Assembly: GCA_050012075.1 (NCBI GenBank)
Contig: JBEKHW010000002.1
Location: 126,889 to 190,888, forward strand
Length of the DNA stretch: 64,000 nucleotides
From: Candidatus Omnitrophota bacterium
Lineage (GTDB): Bacteria; Omnitrophota; Gorgyraeia; Gygaellales; Profunditerraquicolaceae
Direction: 5' to 3'
Each line of letters begins with the position of its first letter. The stretch's first letter is position 1. Positions 58,706 to 64,000 of this stretch are shown one piece after another. The notes beneath the pieces were generated by a model. The model did no database searches. It had not been told where the DNA came from and saw only the letters and a list, made by a program, of their open reading frames with translations. A program made the position numbers and the translations under genes.

Positions 58706-58752
58706 CGCGTGGAGTTAAATAAACAATATACGCCAGAGGCATTGTTTATTTA
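58692..58752. repeat. Hairpin module upstream of secD
   Basis: GCATAGC hairpin plus a 12-bp stem with ATACGCCAGAGGC loop. Confidence 0.75.
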
Positions 58753-58765
58753 AAGGAGTAAGAAT

Positions 58766-60967
58766 ATGGAAAGAAAGATTGCTTATAAGTCAATTTTTAT
58801 TCTCGCTATTTTAGGTTTGTGCGTTTATTTTACCTTTCCTGTCCAGAAAAGGATAAATCTGGGGTTGGATTTGCAGGGAGGAATGAATTTACTGCTTAAG
58901 GTGGACACCAGCAAAGCCTCTTTAGAGGACAGAGAGGCAGTGCGCGATTTGACGATTGAGAAACTAAGGAGCAGGATAGATGATCTGGGAGTAAGTGAGC
59001 CCGATATACGGGCTCACGGCACCGACGAGATTGTAGTGCAACTGCCCGGCGTAACCGACAGGGAGCGAGCTTTAAATAAAATCGGCCAGACTGGCCTCTT
59101 AGAGTTTAAGCTGGTTTTACAGGATCAGGATAAATTAAAAGAGGCATTGGCAGGGAATGTGCCTGAAGGTTATGAATTGAAATATAGCAAAGATAATAAT
59201 GAGGCGCTTCTGGTAGAAAAAGAAGCGGCTTTAAGCGGTAATGCCATAAAAGACGCAAGCGTGGCTTTCAGCCAGGACCAATTCGGCGAGATTATAGTTA
59301 AGCTACAGCTTACTGCCGAGGGAGGCAGTAAATTTGCGGAATTAACCGCCAAAAATGTAGGCAGGAGGCTTGCGATTATCTTAGACAGTAAGGTGCAGTC
59401 TGCCCCGGTTATCCGGGAAGCGATCCCTTCAGGAGAGGCAGTTATAAGCGGCCGCTACACCACCGATGAAGCCGGTGACTTAGCGAAGATTTTAAAACAC
59501 GGCGCGCTGCCGGCATCAATCCAATTTGAAGAAGAAAGGACCATAGGTCCCTTATTAGGTAAAGATTCTATTCAAAAAGGCCGCACCGCCTGTATTGTAG
59601 GAAGCATACTTGTTTTTCTCTTTATGCTCGTATATTACCGGTTAGCGGGTTTTATTTCAGATATTGCGTTGGGCTGTAACCTTTTAATGATCCTGGGCTG
59701 CCTTGGAATGCTGCCTTATATCTTTGGGGCTTCTGTTGCAACACTCACCTTACCTGGTATAGCAGGTATCGTCTTGTCCTTAGGTATGGCAGTAGACGCC
59801 AATGTCCTCATCAATGAACGTATGCGCGAAGAGTTGAAAAGCGGAAAGAATTTAAGGCAGGCCGTTGCTAATGGCTATGACAAGGCCTTTAGCGCCATCT
59901 TTGACTCTAATCTGACTACCCTGTTTGCCGCGGTGATTTTGATTATTATCGGCACCGGCTCAATCAAGGGATTTGGCGTTACGTTAACCATCGGCCTTAT
60001 CGCCAGTATGTTTACCGCCATATTTGTAACGCGCACTATATTTGAAATCCTCCTTGATTTAGGATGGATAAAATCATTATCCATGATGAGCTTTATCCCG
60101 GAAACAAAGTTGGATTTTATCGGAAAAAGAAAGATCTTTTATGCAATTTCTCTGATAGTAATAGGCGCGGGGCTGTTTTTCTTCTTTAAGAATGGAAAAA
60201 ATGCCTATGGGATTGATTTTTCCGGAGGGCAGGTGCAGGAATATAGTTTTAAGAATATCCCGGATATCGACAAGGTACGTCAGGTTGTTAAAGAAGCAGG
60301 GATAATTGACGCGTCGATACAGCAATTCAAAGATAACCCGAAAGTCGTTTTAGTCAGGACAGTAAAAGAAGGAAGCGACATTTTGACCTCTAAACTGAAG
60401 GAGAAATTCCCTCAGGATGATATCCAGGTATTAAGGATAGAGCGCGTCGGCCCTATAGCAGGCCAATACCTTAAGGGTAAAGCCGTATGGGCCCTGATCT
60501 GGTCTCTTATCTGCATACTTATTTACGTAGCGATAAGATTTAAGCATTTTAACTTTGCGGCTGCCGGAGTAATAGCTTTAATCCATGACGTATTGGTGGC
60601 TCTGGGTTTTATGGCAATGACCGGAAGGCAGATTGACTTATTAAGCGTCACTGCCTTTTTAACTATCGCCGGTTATTCTATAAATGACACGATAGTGATT
60701 TACGACCGCGTGCGAGAAAATATGCGCCTTAACCGGAAATTAAGCCTTTATGAGCAGATAAACCTTAGTGTTAACCAGTGCCTATCCAGGACCATCCTTA
60801 CTTCGGGAGTTACCCTGTTAACGGTAATTGCAATCCTGGTGTTCGGAGGAGAGGTCTTAAGTAATTTCGCCTTTACACTCCTGGTCGGTTTCATTTCAGG
60901 CGTATATTCTACCGTCTATATTGCCTCACCACTCGTCCTTGCCTGGAGTAAAAAACGTAAGCCCTAA
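58766..60967 (+). CDS. secDF: Fused protein translocase SecDF
   Basis: LGLDLQGG, GMAVDANVLI.ER, GIDFSGG, GYSINDTIVIYDR. Confidence 0.95.
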   Translation: MERKIAYKSIFILAILGLCVYFTFPVQKRINLGLDLQGGMNLLLKVDTSKASLEDREAVRDLTIEKLRSRIDDLGVSEPDIRAHGTDEIVVQLPGVTDRERALNKIGQTGLLEFKLVLQDQDKLKEALAGNVPEGYELKYSKDNNEALLVEKEAALSGNAIKDASVAFSQDQFGEIIVKLQLTAEGGSKFAELTAKNVGRRLAIILDSKVQSAPVIREAIPSGEAVISGRYTTDEAGDLAKILKHGALPASIQFEEERTIGPLLGKDSIQKGRTACIVGSILVFLFMLVYYRLAGFISDIALGCNLLMILGCLGMLPYIFGASVATLTLPGIAGIVLSLGMAVDANVLINERMREELKSGKNLRQAVANGYDKAFSAIFDSNLTTLFAAVILIIIGTGSIKGFGVTLTIGLIASMFTAIFVTRTIFEILLDLGWIKSLSMMSFIPETKLDFIGKRKIFYAISLIVIGAGLFFFFKNGKNAYGIDFSGGQVQEYSFKNIPDIDKVRQVVKEAGIIDASIQQFKDNPKVVLVRTVKEGSDILTSKLKEKFPQDDIQVLRIERVGPIAGQYLKGKAVWALIWSLICILIYVAIRFKHFNFAAAGVIALIHDVLVALGFMAMTGRQIDLLSVTAFLTIAGYSINDTIVIYDRVRENMRLNRKLSLYEQINLSVNQCLSRTILTSGVTLLTVIAILVFGGEVLSNFAFTLLVGFISGVYSTVYIASPLVLAWSKKRKP

Positions 60968-60971
60968 GCGA

Positions 60972-62870
60972 ATGTTTGAGTCCTTCAAGGTTTACACGGG
61001 TCAGGAGCTTGATCTTGAGAAGCTTTTTGCCGCTTTGATTGATTTCGGATACAAAAGGCAGGAAAGCGTCTCAGAGGAAGGTGAATTTGCCCGCAGGGGA
61101 GGAATAATCGATATCTTCCCCGTTTCTTTCGAACTACCCATCCGCATAGAACTGGAGAATAACACCGTTATTTCAATCAAAACATTTAATTTCGTGTCAG
61201 GAGAACCATTATGGAAGCATAAAATGGTGATTCTACTGGCATTAAAAAGGCCTTCCGGATATCATACGGTTCCTTTTACCGAAGAAATCCCATTATCCAA
61301 TTTCGTGGATATCGATATCGGCGATTATGTAGTGCATAATCAGCACGGGATCGGCAGGTTCCTGGGCATTCAAAAAATAAAAGTGCAGGATAAGTTAAGG
61401 GACCATCTTGTAATAGAATATGACCGTGAGGAAAAGCTTTATGTCCCCATAGAATCAATGCACCTGGTCCAGAAATATATCGCCTTTCACGTAAGAAGGC
61501 CGAAACTCTACAGGCTCGGCACTAAAGAGTGGCAGCGCACAAAAGAGAGGGCGCGTAAAGGCATACAAAAACTTGCCTGGGAACTTTTATCCCTGCAGGC
61601 CATGCGCCTTGCTTCTTCGGGGCATAAATTCTCCGAAGATACTGCCTGGCAGAAGGAATTTGAAGCTACATTCCCGTATCAGGAAACCCCCGATCAGATA
61701 AAGGCAGTCCTGGAAGCAAAAAATGATATGGAATCGGGCAGGCCCATGGATAGGCTACTTTGCGGAGATGTGGGCTATGGAAAGACCGAAGTCGCCATGC
61801 GCACGGCCTTTAAGGCGGTTATGGATAATAAACAGGTTGCATATCTTGTGCCTACCACGATCCTGGCTGAACAGCACTACCAGAATTTTAATTTACGCCT
61901 GAAGGATTTTCCCGTTAATGTCCAGATGCTTTGCCGTTTTAAGACTGAGGCCGAACAGAAAAAGATTATTGATGATATAGGTAAAGGTAAGGTGGATATT
62001 GTTATCGGGACTCACAGGCTGCTTTCGGATGACGTGAGTTTTAAAGATTTAGGCCTGATTATCATAGATGAAGAGCAGCGATTCGGCGTAAACGCAAAAG
62101 AGAAGCTAAAAAAAGCCCGGCTCACCACAGATGTGCTCACCCTGACCGCAACTCCCATCCCCCGCACTCTATATATGGGGTTAATGGGCGCAAAGAACCT
62201 TTCCGTTATAAACACCCCGCCGCAAAACAGGTTGCCTGTAAAAACTATTGTGGTAGAATATGATGAAGGGCTCATACAGCAGGCAATTACTAGAGAGTTA
62301 GACCGGAAGGGCCAGGTATTCTTCGTGCATAACCGGATCCACGACATTGACAAAATTTCCGGCAGATTAAGAAGAGCCCTTCCTGAAGGCACAAGGATAG
62401 CAGTTGCCCATGGACAAATGCCGGCTAAGGCCCTGGAGGAAGTAATGAGCGCGTTCCTCGCGGCCCAGATCGACTGCCTCTTAAGCACGATGATTATAGA
62501 GTCGGGTATTGATATACCAAACGCCAATACCATAATTGTAAATAACGCGCATACCTTTGGGCTTTCCGATTTACACCAATTGCGCGGAAGGGTAGGCAGG
62601 TTCAATATTCCCGCGTTCGCCTATTTTATGATCCCCAGGGCAGAGATTCTGGATAGCGACGCAAAGAAGAGGTTAGAGGCGATTCAGCAATATTCGTATC
62701 TGGGAGCTGGTTTTAATATCGCGATGCAGGATTTGGAGATTAGAGGCGCCGGAAACCTGTTAGGCATCCAGCAGCACGGTTTTATTGCCGCGGTAGGGTT
62801 TGATTTGTATTGCCGCCTGCTAAAAGAAGCAGTCGATAACCTTAAAAGGATAATCCCCCATGAAAATTAA
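60972..62870 (+). CDS. mfd: Short transcription-repair coupling factor (632 aa)
   Basis: RGGIIDIFP, VVH..HGIG RID, GDVGYGKT, DEEQRFG, TATPIPRT, DLEIRGAGNLLG. Confidence 0.88.
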   Translation: MFESFKVYTGQELDLEKLFAALIDFGYKRQESVSEEGEFARRGGIIDIFPVSFELPIRIELENNTVISIKTFNFVSGEPLWKHKMVILLALKRPSGYHTVPFTEEIPLSNFVDIDIGDYVVHNQHGIGRFLGIQKIKVQDKLRDHLVIEYDREEKLYVPIESMHLVQKYIAFHVRRPKLYRLGTKEWQRTKERARKGIQKLAWELLSLQAMRLASSGHKFSEDTAWQKEFEATFPYQETPDQIKAVLEAKNDMESGRPMDRLLCGDVGYGKTEVAMRTAFKAVMDNKQVAYLVPTTILAEQHYQNFNLRLKDFPVNVQMLCRFKTEAEQKKIIDDIGKGKVDIVIGTHRLLSDDVSFKDLGLIIIDEEQRFGVNAKEKLKKARLTTDVLTLTATPIPRTLYMGLMGAKNLSVINTPPQNRLPVKTIVVEYDEGLIQQAITRELDRKGQVFFVHNRIHDIDKISGRLRRALPEGTRIAVAHGQMPAKALEEVMSAFLAAQIDCLLSTMIIESGIDIPNANTIIVNNAHTFGLSDLHQLRGRVGRFNIPAFAYFMIPRAEILDSDAKKRLEAIQQYSYLGAGFNIAMQDLEIRGAGNLLGIQQHGFIAAVGFDLYCRLLKEAVDNLKRIIPHEN

Positions 62871-63813
62871 AAAAACCGCAATATTTATTCTCACGTTGAT
62901 TGTTTGCTCTTGCGTTATGCAGCCGCTTTTTGCAAAAGATAAAATCATAGCCGTAGTTAATAAGGAAATCATTACCGAAAAAGACCTTCAGGATTTCATA
63001 TCTTTTGCCCGTGGCCAATTTTCCCAGGAACTTAAGCCGCAGGAACTGGAAAGTAAAATCAATAGTCTGAAAACTGATATGCTTAAGAAATTAATCGAAG
63101 ACCGCCTGATTGTCCAGGAGGCAAAGAAGTTCCTTGAAGAAGCAAAAACGAAAAAGGACGCATACGCCGTAGTCAGGGTAGAGCCGGAGGAAGGCAGGGT
63201 GAAAAGCCGTATAGAGGATGTAAAGAAAAAATACGGTTCAGACACGGAATTCCAAAATGATTTGGCACTCCATGGCCTGGTTCAGGCAGACATGGAGAAA
63301 AGAATCTGGGAACAGATGCTTATGTTAAACTTCATAGATTATAAAATACGGATGCAGATTATCGTAAGGCCGGAAGAAGTAACTGCTTTATACAACAAGG
63401 ATCCCAAGAAGTTTAACACCCCTGCTACTCGCGAATTTGAAGTGATAACTTTAGAGAATAAGGACCAGGCCACATCTTTCGCTTACAACCTTAAAAAGGG
63501 AGAGAGCCTGGAGAAATTAGCTGCCAGGTATTCGGTTAAAGTCGATATCATGCGCTCCAATAACACCGGAGAGCTAAGGAAGGAAATCGAAGATGCGGTT
63601 TTTAATCTGGAGGCAGGAGGTGTTTCAAACCCCGTTACAATCAATGGGGTCTATTATGTTTTTCACCTGCTTGGTATTACTCCCCCAAGGCAACAATCCC
63701 TTCTAGAGGCCCAGCCAGCGATTTACGCGTACCTCTTTGACCAGAAAATGCGGGAAGAAATGCAGAAATGGTTAGATGAAACCAAGAAAAAATCATATAT
63801 CAAAATATACTAA
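62860..63813 (+). CDS. SurA-like peptidyl-prolyl isomerase/chaperone
   Basis: Signal peptide, DKIIAVVNKEIIT, degenerate parvulin; between mfd and pdxA. Confidence 0.75.
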   Translation: MKIKKTAIFILTLIVCSCVMQPLFAKDKIIAVVNKEIITEKDLQDFISFARGQFSQELKPQELESKINSLKTDMLKKLIEDRLIVQEAKKFLEEAKTKKDAYAVVRVEPEEGRVKSRIEDVKKKYGSDTEFQNDLALHGLVQADMEKRIWEQMLMLNFIDYKIRMQIIVRPEEVTALYNKDPKKFNTPATREFEVITLENKDQATSFAYNLKKGESLEKLAARYSVKVDIMRSNNTGELRKEIEDAVFNLEAGGVSNPVTINGVYYVFHLLGITPPRQQSLLEAQPAIYAYLFDQKMREEMQKWLDETKKKSYIKIY

Positions 63814-64000
63814 AATTAGATTAGGGATTACTATCGGGGATCCCGCCGGTATTGGTCCTATCATTACCAAAAAAGCGGTTGACCGTCTTAACGGCTTAGC
63901 TGATTTTCTGGTTATCGGGGACTCCTCGGTTCTAGGCGGTATGAAGAGTTGCCGGTTACTCGATTTAGGGAGGATAAAGAAAGGAAAGGTCAGGCGCGGT
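63776..64000 (+). CDS. pdxA: 4-hydroxythreonine-4-phosphate dehydrogenase (3'-partial)
   Basis: GITIGDPAGIGP in a frame open to the window end. Confidence 0.8.
   Translation, partial: MKPRKNHISKYTKIRLGITIGDPAGIGPIITKKAVDRLNGLADFLVIGDSSVLGGMKSCRLLDLGRIKKGKVRRG

Noticed and set aside
48-63245. Many short minus-strand and alternative-frame ORFs in the track (e.g. 9559-10107, 32180-32707, 48053-48709, 62012-62605)
   Set aside because: They are shadows of well-supported genes, with no recognisable motifs.

Overview
Bacterial chromosome segment, almost entirely + strand. The gene set and style suggest an anaerobic PVC-group organism such as Ca. Omnitrophota (inference only). Positions 1-29 kb hold an AT-rich Wzx/Wzy surface-polysaccharide cluster: heptose kinase and nucleotidyltransferase, GDP-mannose 3,5-epimerase-like enzyme, GT11, a B12 radical SAM enzyme, several GT2/GT4, a priming transferase and an O-antigen ligase. 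Positions 29-64 kb are housekeeping: pgk-tpiA-secG, MFS, marC-glgC, acyl-CoA dehydrogenase-etfBA, pilin, PilZ, smc, a diguanylate cyclase, recA-recX-alaS, a his cluster, trpE, rpsP, yajC-secDF, mfd, surA-like and partial pdxA. No rRNA, tRNA, CRISPR array or transposase was seen. The most unusual signals are: (1) 7/8-mer tandem arrays that start exactly at TAG stop codons, three of four with an inverted arm, plus one related-type array in frame inside hisH; (2) a CCCCG...CGGGG MITE-like family with TRAA target duplications, one copy of which rebuilds the hisD start codon; (3) a conserved loop on covarying stems ahead of yajC and secD; (4) a structured ~375-bp block upstream of recA; (5) an SMC with no recognisable hinge; (6) a half-size Mfd.
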